Below are positions 12,626-22,582 of a stretch of DNA of 64,000 nucleotides, piece by piece. The notes below the pieces were generated by a model, which was given only the letters and a program-made list of their open reading frames with translations, did not search any database and was not told where the DNA came from. This stretch comes from an uncultured Verrucomicrobiae bacterium (GTDB taxonomy: Bacteria; Verrucomicrobiota; Verrucomicrobiia; Chthoniobacterales; UBA10450): assembly GCA_963756875.1 (NCBI GenBank), contig CAVWPA010000003.1, forward strand, positions 1,312,001-1,376,000, written 5' to 3'. Each line of letters opens with the position of its first letter. Positions within the stretch are counted from its first letter, which is position 1. A program made the position numbers and the translations under genes.

Positions 12626-13497
12626 CTAGTAGGAGTAGGTCGGAAATTCGTAGTTATATAAAAGTCGCCACCAGTCGAACGCTTCGGAGATTTTCCCCTT
12701 GGCAGATTCATCACGAGCGTTTTGCGCGCGGGTGTATGCGGTTTCCAGCTTCGAGAGGGCGTCTGTCCGTGCGGCATCACTCTTGCAGGGTGCGATGTAT
12801 CCAGAAACTCCCATGGGATCCTGCAAGCTCGGTAGTTGACCATCCCAAAGTAACTTCAGAACGTTTCTGACATCATACTCATACATGATCGTAGTTTCTC
12901 CAGACGCATACTTCGCTACTCGAATCTCCAAATAGAATGACGAGATCGGAACAGCGCGGAAGTATTTCCAGGCTTTTAGATATCGAATGAGGGGCTTGAC
13001 CCTTTTGGCTAATTTGTCATCGACGGACCGCACGTACGCATTGTGCGCGTCCGGACTCGCTTTCATCCAACCGCCTGAACAGTCTGCGATATCGTAGACC
13101 TTGAAGCCGTTGGTCTCTCCAGTGCAATCTGCCGGCACGATCTCTGTTATTTCCGACTTCCTGGTGCCGAAAGGAACAGCAACCGCTGGACAGTTGACCG
13201 CCACACCAGTGTCGGAAACCGCGTATCCAGCGCGTTGCGAACCTTGACCAATGATGAGGTAGAAACCTGCGTCAGTTGATCGGTAGGAAGAGAGGCCAAG
13301 TAGTCGACATCGCTATATCTCGATATGCTTGTCCAGTTACCAAAAGAGCCGATACGAGCGAACCGCTTCAACCCGAAATTATTCTTGAGGCATGCCTCGA
13401 TTGACGCGCGGTGGCTTTTAGCGGCATCGGACTCGCCCGTTTGGGGTTTCAGCTTCGACAGGAAATCGTCAAAGCCTTCTTCGATAGTTCGCGGCAT
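12626..13497 (-). CDS. cGAS/DncV-like nucleotidyltransferase (SMODS, CBASS cyclase), one frameshift near 13205
   Basis: GSFGNxTSISRYSDVDY (GS...DxD), EIVPAD, WMKASPDAH, VKPLIRYLKAWKY, ISSFYLE, LQDPMG. Confidence 0.9.
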
Positions 13498-13499
13498 AT

Positions 13500-14758
13500 C
13501 TATTGCCTCATTGACTTCTGTTCTGTACTCTTCCCGCTCAGCAGCTTCGGCAGCAGCGTGTCGCGCAGGGTGTCAGAGTGCGGGCTTCTCTTCATTGTTC
13601 CGAATCTGAAAACCAACGGCTTGCAAACCGGCCAAACGCGTCGTAATTCGCCGGCGGTACGGGACGACTGACTTGAATCACAGAAGTCGTGCCAATGCCC
13701 TTCGTATTCGGAGAACGACGAACGGCCCATCGGTTGCATAGTAGAGCCCAAAAGGTATCAAGGCCCGAAACCGACGAACGGCAGGACTTCTGACTCGCGG
13801 AAAAAGAATATCGTGATCAGCCGCATGTAGCGGTGTGATTTGCAAAAACCGCGACTAGGCCTTTTGGGTCGCTGATCACGTCCCGGCTCGTTGCTGTGAA
13901 ACGCTCATTATGAAGCCGATCGCCTTGGTCCAGAGACTGATATTTTCGCACCGGGGATAGGTCTCTGTTAGTGCTTTTGCCCGACGAAAGGGCTTGATGA
14001 ACTCCCCAATTTTCATCACTTTCCAGCCTTTCGGAATGTGACCAAGCTCTGAATTTTCGAACTCGTTAGGGAAGAGAGCGGCGGTGGCGGGGTCGAGGCC
14101 GGCGGGTTGGCGGCCGTCGAGTTTGGCGCGGACGGGGTCGAAATCCACGAACCAGCTCTGGAACAGCGCCCGCGCCATCGCCTCCAGCGTCGCGTTCATC
14201 CGCCGGTTCAACTCGATCTTGTCGTCCAGCGCCCCAAGCACCGCCGCGATGGCTTTTTGCTCGGCGAGGGGTGGGACGGGATTGAAACTCGATAGATGTC
14301 GTCGCGACGTAAGTGCTTCCTGACTGTCGCGTACCGCGGCAGTGCCACCAATGAAGGCTGATCGTGCGCAGTGATTCAGAAAAGTAGCAGAAGCGCTGGT
14401 CTGGCTCGCCCCTTGCAGCTAACGGACTGCTTGATTAAGCAAACGCGTTGCCTTCGCAACGCAACACGGTACTGCCGACGTCCGATCAGCCGAGTTAATC
14501 AGCGTTCAGCGAGAACGCCAACAGTCGCGATGAAACAGCATCACCTCTCGTGAGTTGTAGCTTCAGCTACTTCGGCGAACCTTCGTAATCGAAGTCGTCC
14601 ACTCGTCGCGCGCATGCCATCGCCGATACTTGAACGTTCACGCATCAACGAAGGCATCGCGGCTCGGACCGATAGTGATCGCTCTTGAAGAGGCAAACCC
14701 TTTCCATGTGGCGCAACGCCTTCACAGCGAGTTCAACGTCTGTCCATTCACTCGCCAT
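13500..14758 (-). CDS. hsdS: type I restriction-modification specificity subunit; conserved blocks readable, both TRDs garbled
   Basis: Start MASEW overlaps the hsdM stop; central [48 protein letters not shown]...IPKGW; end [13 protein letters not shown]. Confidence 0.85.
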
Positions 14759-16358
14759 AACCCAACCCCCTCAGGTTTGCTTTGATGGCCTGCTCCAGTT
14801 TCGCGGACTCGGCGAACTGGGCGTGCAGTTCGGCGACGAGGCGCGGCATCTTTTCCTCGAAGGGGTCGCCGTCGTCTTCGACTTCCTCGGCGCCGACGTA
14901 GCGGCCAGGCGTCAACACATAGCCATGCGACGCGATTTCGTCAGTCGTGGCTGACTTACAGAAACCGGCGACATCTTGTATGTCGCCGGAGTTCGTTATC
15001 GGTCCTGTGTTACGGTGGTCGCCTCTCCATGCGTGATAGGTGTTCACGATCTTCGCGTGATCGGCTTCGGTGAGTTCGCGGTGGACTCGGTCGATGAGCG
15101 TTCCCATTTTGCGCGCATCGATGAAGAGGGTTTCGCCTTTGCGGTTGCGACGTTTCAAAGCAGACGGCCGGAACTCGCCCCGCCGGTTTTGTTTTTCGCC
15201 AAAAACCAAAGGCAGACGGGAATCTGCGTGCTGTAGAAGAGCTGGCCGGGGAGGGCGACCATGCAGTCGACGAGGTCGGCCTCGATGAGGGCTTGCCTGA
15301 TTGTCCCTTCGCCGGACTGGTTGGAGGACATGCTGCCATTGGCGAGGACGAAGCCGGCCATGCCGTGGGGCGCGAGGTGGTGGATGAAGTGCTGCACCCA
15401 GGCGAAGTTGGCGTTGCCCCGGGGCGGGACGCCATACTGCCAGCGCACGTCGTCGTCTTTGCGGAACCAGTCGGAGTCGTTGAAGGGCGGGTTGGCGAGG
15501 ACGTAGTCGGCGCGGAGGTCGGGATGGAGGTCGCGCCGGAAGGTGTCGGCGTGCTCGGGGCCGAAGTCGGCCTCGATGCCGCGCAGGGCGAGGTTCATGA
15601 CGGCGAGGCGGCGGGTGGTGGGGTTGCTCTCCTGGCCGTAGATGCTGATGTCGCCGAGCTTGCCGCCGTGGGCTTCGACGAATTTCTCCGATTGCACGAA
15701 CATGCCGCCGGAGCCGCAGCAGGGATCGTAGATGCGGCCTTTGTAGGGGGCGAGCATCTCGACGAGGAGGCGGACGACGCTCTGCGGGGTGTAGAACTGG
15801 CCGCCTTTCTTGCCTTCGGCGCTGGCGAATTGGCCGAGGAAGTATTCGTAGACGCGGCCGCAGGACGTCTTTCGAGCGGCGGCCTTGTCGCCCAGGCCGA
15901 TCGTGCCGATGAGGTCGATGAGTTCGCCTAAGCCGATGTTTATCGAGCGCGGGCCGGGCGTATTCTTTCGGGAGGACGCCTTTGAGGCGCGGGTTGTCGC
16001 GCTCGATCGCGACCATCGCGTCATCGACGATCTTGCCGATCTCGGGCTGCTTGGCGCTGTTCTGGAGATAGGTCCAACGCGCGCCAGGCGGAACCCAGAA
16101 GACGTTGACGGCTTTGTATTCGTCCTGGTCTTCGGGATCGGCACCAGCGTAATCGCCTTTGCCTTCTTTCAACTTTGCGTGGTGCTCTTCAAAAGCGTCG
16201 GAGATGTACTTCAGGAAGATGAGGCCGAGGACGACGTGCTTGTATTCGGCCGCGTCCATGTTGCTGCGCAGCTTGTCGGCGGCGAGCCAGAGCTTGGCTT
16301 CGAATCCGATATTGGCGGAATTGTTGTTCGACGAGGCTTTGGATTTCCCGCGCGCCAT
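14748..16358 (-). CDS. hsdM: type I restriction-modification methyltransferase subunit (frameshifts near 15930 and 15190)
   Basis: [50 protein letters not shown]. Confidence 0.95.
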   Translation of the reverse strand: MARGKSKASSNNNSANIGFEAKLWLAADKLRSNMDAAEYKHVVLGLIFLKYISDAFEEHHAKLKEGKGDYAGADPEDQDEYKAVNVFWVPPGARWTYLQNSAKQPEIGKIVDDAMVAIERDNPRLKGVLPKEYARPALDKHRLRRTHRPHRHDRPGRQGRRSKDVLRPRLRILPRPIRQRRRQERRPVLHPAERRPPPRRDARPLQRPHLRSLLRLRRHVRAIGEIRRSPRRQARRHQHLRPGEQPHHPPPRRHEPRPARHRGRLRPRARRHLPARPPSRPPRRLRPRQPALQRLRLVPQRRRRALAVWRPAPGQRQLRLGAALHPPPRAPRHGRLRPRQWQHVLQPVRRRDNQASPHRGRPRRLHGRPPRPALLQHADSRLPLVFGEKQNRRGEFRPSALKRRNRKGETLFIDARKMGTLIDRVHRELTEADHAKIVNTYHAWRGDHRNTGPITNSGDIQDVAGFCKSATTDEIASHGYVLTPGRYVGAEEVEDDGDPFEEKMPRLVAELHAQFAESAKLEQAIKANLRGLGYGE

Positions 16359-16426
16359 TTGAAAGGCGAAACCTAACAGAAGCGTTGTTCTCTGTAGAGC
16401 GGAAAAAGCGTCCGCCAGGCGGACGC

Positions 16427-16900
16427 GGTTATCGGTTAATCGTTAACGGTTATCGGGGGAAGCAAGAAAGCCAAGGGGCAAGAGGTAAGGGGGAAGAGCG
16501 AAAAGGGCATGGAGCAGGGAGCGCGGAGTGCAGATTTTTCACAGAAGGAAACGAAGGCAGCGAAGGAGGGGGAAACGGCGAAGCGGTAAGGGCTCGCCAC
16601 GGCGAGTAAACTGCGGGCGAGGAAGGACGACAAGACCGCGGACTACGGGACAACGAGGACGCGGAAAAGCCGAAAACGAAAGAAACGTCGAACCCTCCTT
16701 CGCCATGCTCCGGCGGGCAGGCTGCCCAACGTCCAATGTCGGAAATGCAGAGGATGAGGTCATTTGGGAAGTGGCGAGTGACCCACCGCGGCGGGTTCGT
16801 CTAAGCGAACATGTGGCGAGTGACGAGAAGGAACGAAGGCTGCAATCTTCGAGGACGATCAGCGAGCGAGTTTCAAATTAAGAATTAGAAATTAGGGAGC
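16427..16900 (+). repeat. modular intergenic repeat array (heptamer tandems plus hairpin modules)
   Basis: GGTTA(T/A)C tandems, GGGGCAAGAGGTAAGGG, CTCGCCACGGCGAGTAAACTGCG and AACG(T/C)C(G/C) tandems; the same modules recur through the window. Confidence 0.8.
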
Positions 16901-16920
16901 AGATGCGTTATTCTTGTGCT

Positions 16921-17124
16921 ATGAGCGCGACGGAAATCATCGAGCAGTTCAAGGCTCTTCCCGCCACTGAGCGGGCCCAAGTGGCCAAGTTCGTTGTGGA
17001 AAACGATGATTCCTGGATTCCGGATTCCTTTAAGCAAGGTATGGCCGATGCCGCTGCCGGTCAGTTTGTGGATATGAAAACCGCGCTCAGCGGAGCAAAA
17101 CCGCCGTCTCGAGCGGCGGAATGA
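16921..17124 (+). CDS. small antitoxin-like protein
   Basis: MSATEIIEQFKALPATERAQVAKFV; its stop overlaps the next start (ATGA). Confidence 0.75.
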   Translation: MSATEIIEQFKALPATERAQVAKFVVENDDSWIPDSFKQGMADAAAGQFVDMKTALSGAKPPSRAAE

Positions 17125-17390
17125 AATACTTTGCTACCCAGCGATTCTGGGAAAGCTTCTACGCCCTTTCATCAAGCCAGAAGGAGTCTACGCGTCGAGC
17201 TTGGGCAATCTTCAAGGAGAATCCTTTCGATCCACGACTGCGAACTCACAAGATTCACAGGCTTTCGGCCCGGTTCAATCGCACGATTTACGCGGCCGAG
17301 ATTGAAGCTGACTTGCGAGCGGTATTTTACATCGAAGCCGATGTCGTGGTGACGGTGGATATCGGCTCGCACGATATTTATCGCGGGTAA
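17121..17390 (+). CDS. RelE/ParE-superfamily toxin
   Basis: MKYFATQRFWESFYAL...FKENPFDPRLRTHKI...DLRAVF...VDIGSHDIY. Confidence 0.85.
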   Translation: MKYFATQRFWESFYALSSSQKESTRRAWAIFKENPFDPRLRTHKIHRLSARFNRTIYAAEIEADLRAVFYIEADVVVTVDIGSHDIYRG

Positions 17391-17447
17391 ATAGATCTGG
17401 GGTTGCTTGTTCTTCCCAAAGTGTCGCGGGGTTCGAAGCCGCGCTTC

Positions 17448-17963
17448 GGGTTAATTGTTATCGGTTCTCGGTTATTGGGGGGAGCAACAAAGCCAAGGGG
17501 CAAGAGGTAAGGGCGAAGGGCGGAGCGCGGCGAAGCAAACGTCGAACGCCGAACTCTCAAAGCAGAAATGGAAAATGGCAACCGGAGCGGTTGCCCTACA
17601 ATTCAGATGTCCCGCCGCGGCGGGTAAACTGCGGGGAAAGGGCGAAGGTCATCCGCCTACGCCAAGGCTTCGGCGTGATTCGTCCCGCTTCGCGGGCGAA
17701 AAAGAGGTGAGGGTTAGCGCAAGGCGCCGTTGAGGAGGGTAAGGGGCTTGGCTCCCCGAGCCAAGTCGCCGGCTTCCCTAGGTCGCGGTTGCGACCTCCC
17801 GCCGTAGAGTTCGCGCCCTGCGAACCGTAGAGGTCGGAGGACGGAATTTGTTCGGAGGGAGAACAAAACAACGAAGGGCGACCGCCTACGCCAAGGCTTC
17901 GGCGTGATTCGTCCCGCTTCGCGGGCGAAAAAGAGGGTGAGGGTCAGCGCAACGCGCCGTTGA
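17448..17963 (+). repeat. modular repeat array containing an ~81-bp direct duplication (17653-17733 and 17882-17963)
   Basis: CCGCCTACGCCAAGGCTTCGGCGTGATTCGTCCCGCTTCGCGGGCGAAAAAGAG...AGCGCAA.GCGCCGTTGA appears twice. Confidence 0.85.
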
Positions 17964-19968
17964 TGGAAGTGATCAATTTTTCCCAGCTGGTGCGTTCGGT
18001 GTCGGACAGGTTGGCGGCGGTGTGGTCTCGGGTCCAGCGCACGAATGCTTTGGCCAGGCGGTATCGGGAAAAATCGCCGATCTGGGTTTTGAAAATATTG
18101 ACCACGGATCTGCCGGGCTCGGCGTTGGAAGCGGCTGCGACGTCCCAGTTCAGCTCGGTCCGGGCGACGTGGACCAGGGTGTCGCGCAGCAGATCTTCAA
18201 CTGCCGGGCGTTCGAGCGGGCCGTCGTAAACATCTTTGGTCCGGAGAACGGATTTGTTGCCGAGCGCTTGCACGAGGCGTTCCTGGTGCGCGGCCTGGTC
18301 GGGAAACATTTCCGAATCCAATAGTGCTGCGACTTTGAGTTTGGATGCGTGCAAAACCGTGGCGTAATAAACCACCTTGCCGGCGCCGCTCGCGGGCAGA
18401 AGCGAGATCTTGTCACTGAGATCGGCAATGCCGGCATCGCGCAACAGTTGGGCGACCGCGTCGAGGTACCAGTAATCGGTCAGGCTCTCAAGAACGAGAT
18501 TGCGCTGCTGCGCGAACAGACTCTGGGCAAGATCGTACCCGAGCGATTCTCGTAACGGCAAAAGCGCAACCGGGTCTTCGGCGGCAATGCCGGTGTGGAC
18601 CTTGGTGCCAACGGTGCGGTCGGTCATTTCCACGACCCGAACCAGATTCAACTCGTCCGGCCCGACCAGAAACGGCGAGTGCGTGGTATACATGGTCTGA
18701 TTAGATTCGGCCAGGCGGGAAATGGTGTTGCGGAATTCGCGTTGCTTGAGCGCGTGCAAACTCAGGCCTGGTTCGTCGAGCAGCAGGATGGCGTTTTTGT
18801 GATTCTTCGCGGCCTCGGCGAAAAAGACGATGAAGAACGAGACCAGCCACTGAAAACCTTCCGAACGCTGGTCGAGCTCGATCTCAACCCCGACGTCATC
18901 CTCGACAATCATTTTGAGATACTGACCATCGCACACGATGCGCAAGCGCTCAGCTTCATCGCGTTTCGAATCGGGCATCCAGGTGGCGCGCAACTCGTCG
19001 GTCAGCCGGACACTGGCGGCGTTCAGTTGGTAGGAGCGACGATCGAGTTGATCGCGATAAGCCTGGAGCGCGGCCGGATCACCCATCGGCGGTTCCTCGC
19101 CCTTGCCGAGATCGGAAAGCTCGCGGGCGCTGAACCCGAGCAATTTCAAAAGACATTTGTTTCCGTAATCGTAGTAATCGTCGTCGATCAGGTTGCGTTC
19201 GATGCGTGTGGCGAGATGATCGAGATGAATCAGCGGACGAACACGGAAGAAATCGCGGAACCGAATGAACAAGGGTAAACGCCGGCCCAGGGTCCAGAGC
19301 ACGTTTGAGCGCTGGTCGTTCGCCTCAATGGTCTTGACCAGGTCGTCGTAGCGTTTTTCTTCGACTTCGTTTTTTTCTTCGACGTGCGGGAAGGCCTTTT
19401 CGATTGCCGCCTTCAAAATCCGCGCGGGCTCGCCAGCGAGCTCGTAATCGTCTTTCCAATCGTGGGCCAGGGCAACGATCGGGGTGCTGGGAGGATCGGC
19501 CGGCGACATGTCCGGTGCCGGCGCCGGCACATGGCTGTCGATGTGCGCGCAAAAACGGGCCAGATCCTTTTTGATGTCGCCGAATTTCTTTGCCGGTGGC
19601 GCGCCGAGAAAATCGTGCCAGAACGAATTATCCAGTTTCCGACCGAACACGTAATCGTATTGGCGATATTCAGCCGGAATTGTCTCCTTGTCCTCGTCGG
19701 TCAGGCCGAAGTGCGCTTCGACCACTGTGACCTGGCTGGGCAGGATTTTTCCAGAATTGATATCGTCGTATTCCGAGCGCGGATAATCGCGCAGCGGATC
19801 GAAGGCGCGAATGCCAACCGGAGGATTGATTCGCTGGATCGCTTCCAGGAGAGCGGTCTTCCCGGCCTCGTTAGGCCCGATCAAAATAGTTTTGCCTTTC
19901 TCGAGATCGAACCATCCGCTGTCGCGAATGGAACGATATTTTGTGACCCGAACCCTTTTTAGAAGCAT
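17944..19968 (-). CDS. OLD-family-like ABC ATPase with a C-terminal TOPRIM-like domain
   Basis: RVTKYRSIRDS, Walker A GPNEAGKT, signature QRSEGFQW, Walker B LLLDEPGLSLH, TTHSPF, then LVLESLTD and ALLDSE. Start trimmed to Met 19968. Confidence 0.88.
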   Translation of the reverse strand: MLLKRVRVTKYRSIRDSGWFDLEKGKTILIGPNEAGKTALLEAIQRINPPVGIRAFDPLRDYPRSEYDDINSGKILPSQVTVVEAHFGLTDEDKETIPAEYRQYDYVFGRKLDNSFWHDFLGAPPAKKFGDIKKDLARFCAHIDSHVPAPAPDMSPADPPSTPIVALAHDWKDDYELAGEPARILKAAIEKAFPHVEEKNEVEEKRYDDLVKTIEANDQRSNVLWTLGRRLPLFIRFRDFFRVRPLIHLDHLATRIERNLIDDDYYDYGNKCLLKLLGFSARELSDLGKGEEPPMGDPAALQAYRDQLDRRSYQLNAASVRLTDELRATWMPDSKRDEAERLRIVCDGQYLKMIVEDDVGVEIELDQRSEGFQWLVSFFIVFFAEAAKNHKNAILLLDEPGLSLHALKQREFRNTISRLAESNQTMYTTHSPFLVGPDELNLVRVVEMTDRTVGTKVHTGIAAEDPVALLPLRESLGYDLAQSLFAQQRNLVLESLTDYWYLDAVAQLLRDAGIADLSDKISLLPASGAGKVVYYATVLHASKLKVAALLDSEMFPDQAAHQERLVQALGNKSVLRTKDVYDGPLERPAVEDLLRDTLVHVARTELNWDVAAASNAEPGRSVVNIFKTQIGDFSRYRLAKAFVRWTRDHTAANLSDTERTSWEKLITSINGALR

Positions 19969-20304
19969 CCTGAACCGAGAATATGTTTTTGTCGGTTTAA
20001 AGGAAAGATTTCTTTGGGCCTGTGAATAAGTCTGATGTGAATAGTTTGTGAATAACAAACTGAGGACGGAGGTCGACGAGCCGTCCGTTAGCAAAGGGGG
20101 AAGAGGTAAGGGGTAAGGGGGAAGAGCTTTGCGCGGCATGATTCGGACGAACCGGTCTTTGAGGTCACAAATTGTGACCAGTTCCGGATGCGGGAGATTT
20201 AGCGCCATAGGCGCCGGTAAGCGCGAAGAGGCAAGGGCGAAGCGTCCGCATGGCGGAGGCGGAATTGCTTGCTAAAGTACGCGGTTTAAAGGTACAACCA
20301 TCCC

Positions 20305-20451
20305 ATGGGGCTAATCATTCTTATCATTGTGATTTTGTTGTTGATCGGAGCTTTCCCGACAGGCGGTTATGGATTCGGCTACCGGTCGCACGGCTTGATC
20401 GCAACCATTCTCATTATCGTTCTGATTTTGTGGCTGCTCGGGCGGTTGTGA
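20305..20451 (+). CDS. DUF3309-family small membrane protein
   Basis: Hand translation MGLIILIIVILLLIGAFPTGGYGFGYRSHGLIATILIIVLILWLLGRL. Confidence 0.85.
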   Translation: MGLIILIIVILLLIGAFPTGGYGFGYRSHGLIATILIIVLILWLLGRL

Positions 20452-20506
20452 CGAAACAGGAAATGTTTCGGGTTAATCGCCACGGCCATGCCGTCCGTTG
20501 GCGGAT

Positions 20507-20835
20507 CGGTTAATTGTTATCCGTTCTCAGTTGTTGGGGGGAGCGAAACGGCGAAGTGGCGATACGGCGAAGCGGTAAGAGGTAAGGGCGAAGGGCGCGG
20601 CAAACGCCTCTCCGAGCCGTATGGCTCTACGAGCAGGAGGCGAACGCTCAACGCCCAACGTCCAACGCTTAACTCAGAAGGCAGAGGCTAGACATCAGAG
20701 GTCGGATTTTCACAAAAGGAAACGAAGGGAACGAAGCGGGGAGAAAAGGACGACAGGACGACTGGGGAAAGCGAAGCGGTAAGAGCGAAGGGGTAAGGGG
20801 GAAAGGCGTGGGCGGGAGCAGGGAGCAGGGAGCGT
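20507..20835 (+). repeat. modular intergenic repeat array
   Basis: Shares modules with 16427 and 17448; CTCTCCGAGCCGTATGGCTCTACGAGCAGGAGGCGAAC is identical at 20607 and 28996. Confidence 0.8.
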
Positions 20836-21070
20836 GGAATTTCGATTGGCGATTTTCGATCTGGCGAGCGGAAATAATCAGAGATGTTTCCCAGCCTTCG
20901 CATAACCATTCCTACGAGGTATAGGCTGATAGATTTTAAGTATTACGGGTTAAGTTTCAGAGTGGGTGATTGTCCGGGGTTGAATTCCTTTCCGCTCACG
21001 CGGCTTAGCGAAAATTAAAGGAAGCGGCTGAATAGATCGCGAAAGCCCAACGACTAACACATTAAATAAT

Positions 21071-22147
21071 ATGAAAAAGTTTACCAGTTTACTAATAGGG
21101 TGCGCGCTGGCTCTGGCTGGAGCCGCGTTGGCTCAAGGGCCTACTGAGCAGCAGTCACCAACACAGCAACAGGCTCAGGCCCCGGAAAAAACCCACAAGG
21201 GCAAAGCAAACCGCGGTGAGAACGCAAATCGCGGTAAGAAGGCGGCAAACCCAGAAGCAACGGGCATGACGAAGCAGCGCGGGGCGAAGAAGAACGAGCG
21301 GGCTGGATCGAAGATGCAGAAAACCGAGGCGAACACACCAAACCCGGAGGCTACCGCCGCGATGAAGCAGCACGGAATGAAGCACGAACGGGCTGGGTCA
21401 AAGGGGCTGAAAACCGAGGCGACGCCAAAATCTGAAACCTCGGCTAATAAGACGGGCACGAATGTTTCCGGTCAGGCGGGCTCCAGTGCGGCTCCCGAGG
21501 GCAAAAAAGGGAAAAACGCGCGTGGTGGTGCAAACGCAGAGACATCGCCAAGTGCGACTTCGGGAACATCAGTTGCGGCTACCGGCCAGGAAAAGGGGAA
21601 GCGTAAAGGGGCCGGCGCGGCGAAGAAGCTTGAACCGAAGAAAGTCCAGCAAATCAAATCGCAGCACGCGAACTTCAAAGCGCAACCAAGGCCTGAGAAG
21701 GTTCCGGCGGTCACGTTCAGCGCGAGCTATCGGATTCAAGGAAGCGATCACTGGCAGGGTCCGAAATACGAAGTGTTTCGCTCGTATCATCCGGAACGGC
21801 ACGATCGCGGTTGGTATCATTCGCGTTACCATCGCGTGGAGTTGATCGGTGGCGGTTACTACTACTTTAACAACGGCTACTGGTTTCCGGCATGGGGTTA
21901 CAGTCCTTCAGCCGAGTATTACGCCTACGATGGACCGATCTATGTGGGTCACCGCGCTCTGCCGCCGGACCGCGTGATCGCGGACGTGCAAGCCGAGCTG
22001 CAGGAGATGGGCTATTACACGGGCGAGGTGGATGGATTGCTCGGGCCATTGACCCGGGAAGCGCTCACCGCCTACCAGGCCGATCAGGGGCTGGACACGA
22101 CGGCAGCGATCGACGAGCCGACGCTCGATGCCCTCGGGATGGGATAA
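21071..22147 (+). CDS. secreted peptidoglycan-binding domain protein
   Basis: Signal peptide, K/A/T-rich linker with an internal duplication, C-terminal VQAELQEMGYYTGEVDGLLGPLTREALTAYQ. Confidence 0.9.
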   Translation: MKKFTSLLIGCALALAGAALAQGPTEQQSPTQQQAQAPEKTHKGKANRGENANRGKKAANPEATGMTKQRGAKKNERAGSKMQKTEANTPNPEATAAMKQHGMKHERAGSKGLKTEATPKSETSANKTGTNVSGQAGSSAAPEGKKGKNARGGANAETSPSATSGTSVAATGQEKGKRKGAGAAKKLEPKKVQQIKSQHANFKAQPRPEKVPAVTFSASYRIQGSDHWQGPKYEVFRSYHPERHDRGWYHSRYHRVELIGGGYYYFNNGYWFPAWGYSPSAEYYAYDGPIYVGHRALPPDRVIADVQAELQEMGYYTGEVDGLLGPLTREALTAYQADQGLDTTAAIDEPTLDALGMG

Positions 22148-22206
22148 GGGACGCGACGCTGCTGGTTAATCGTTAATCGTTAGCGGTTAACGGGAAGCAG
22201 TTAACG

Positions 22207-22241
22207 AAAAGCCGCCGATGGAATTTCCTCGGCGGCTTTTT
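22207..22241. terminator. intrinsic terminator, possibly bidirectional
   Basis: AAAAGCCGCCGA-tggaatttcc-TCGGCGGCTTTTT downstream of the PG-binding gene. Confidence 0.8.
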
Positions 22242-22305
22242 CGTTTTGGAGGACAACGGTTCGCAGGCGCGAACTTTACGGCGGGAGGCGGTGAGCCAAG
22301 GGCCA

Positions 22306-22510
22306 AGGGGTAAGGGCTCGCCACGGCGAGTAAACTGCGAGCGAAGAGGTAAGAGCACGGAGCTAGGAGCACGGAGGCGGAAAACGCCGAACCCCGAATG
22401 GTTTCGGGGCCGTCCTGCGGCAGGCGCCGAACGCCGAAGACCAGAAGTCAGAAGTCGGAGGTGCTCAACGTATCGAGCATCCAGCATCGAGCATCCAGCA
22501 TCCAGCATCC
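22306..22510 (+). repeat. long modular repeat, copy upstream of the DUF2059 gene
   Basis: Near-identical to 23143-23295 except for an extra hairpin module at ~22391-22430. Confidence 0.85.
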
Positions 22511-22582
22511 CGTCGGAGAGGCAGTAGACAGTTGGCAGTTTAGGCTTTTAATGGGAGAGCCTCGGTTCTAGCTTGCCGCCCT

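Noticed and set aside
17423..17445. T-loop-like GGGGTTCGAAGCC suggesting a tRNA
   Set aside because: No acceptor, D or anticodon arms could be folded around it.
17653..17963. DGR template/variable repeat pair
   Set aside because: Differences are not adenine-specific and no reverse transcriptase is present.
17944..20208. Gabija call, and the 80-aa N-terminal extension in the track ORF
   Set aside because: No GajB helicase is adjacent; the extension is translated intergenic repeat (PPYPLPLPP), so the start was moved to 19968.
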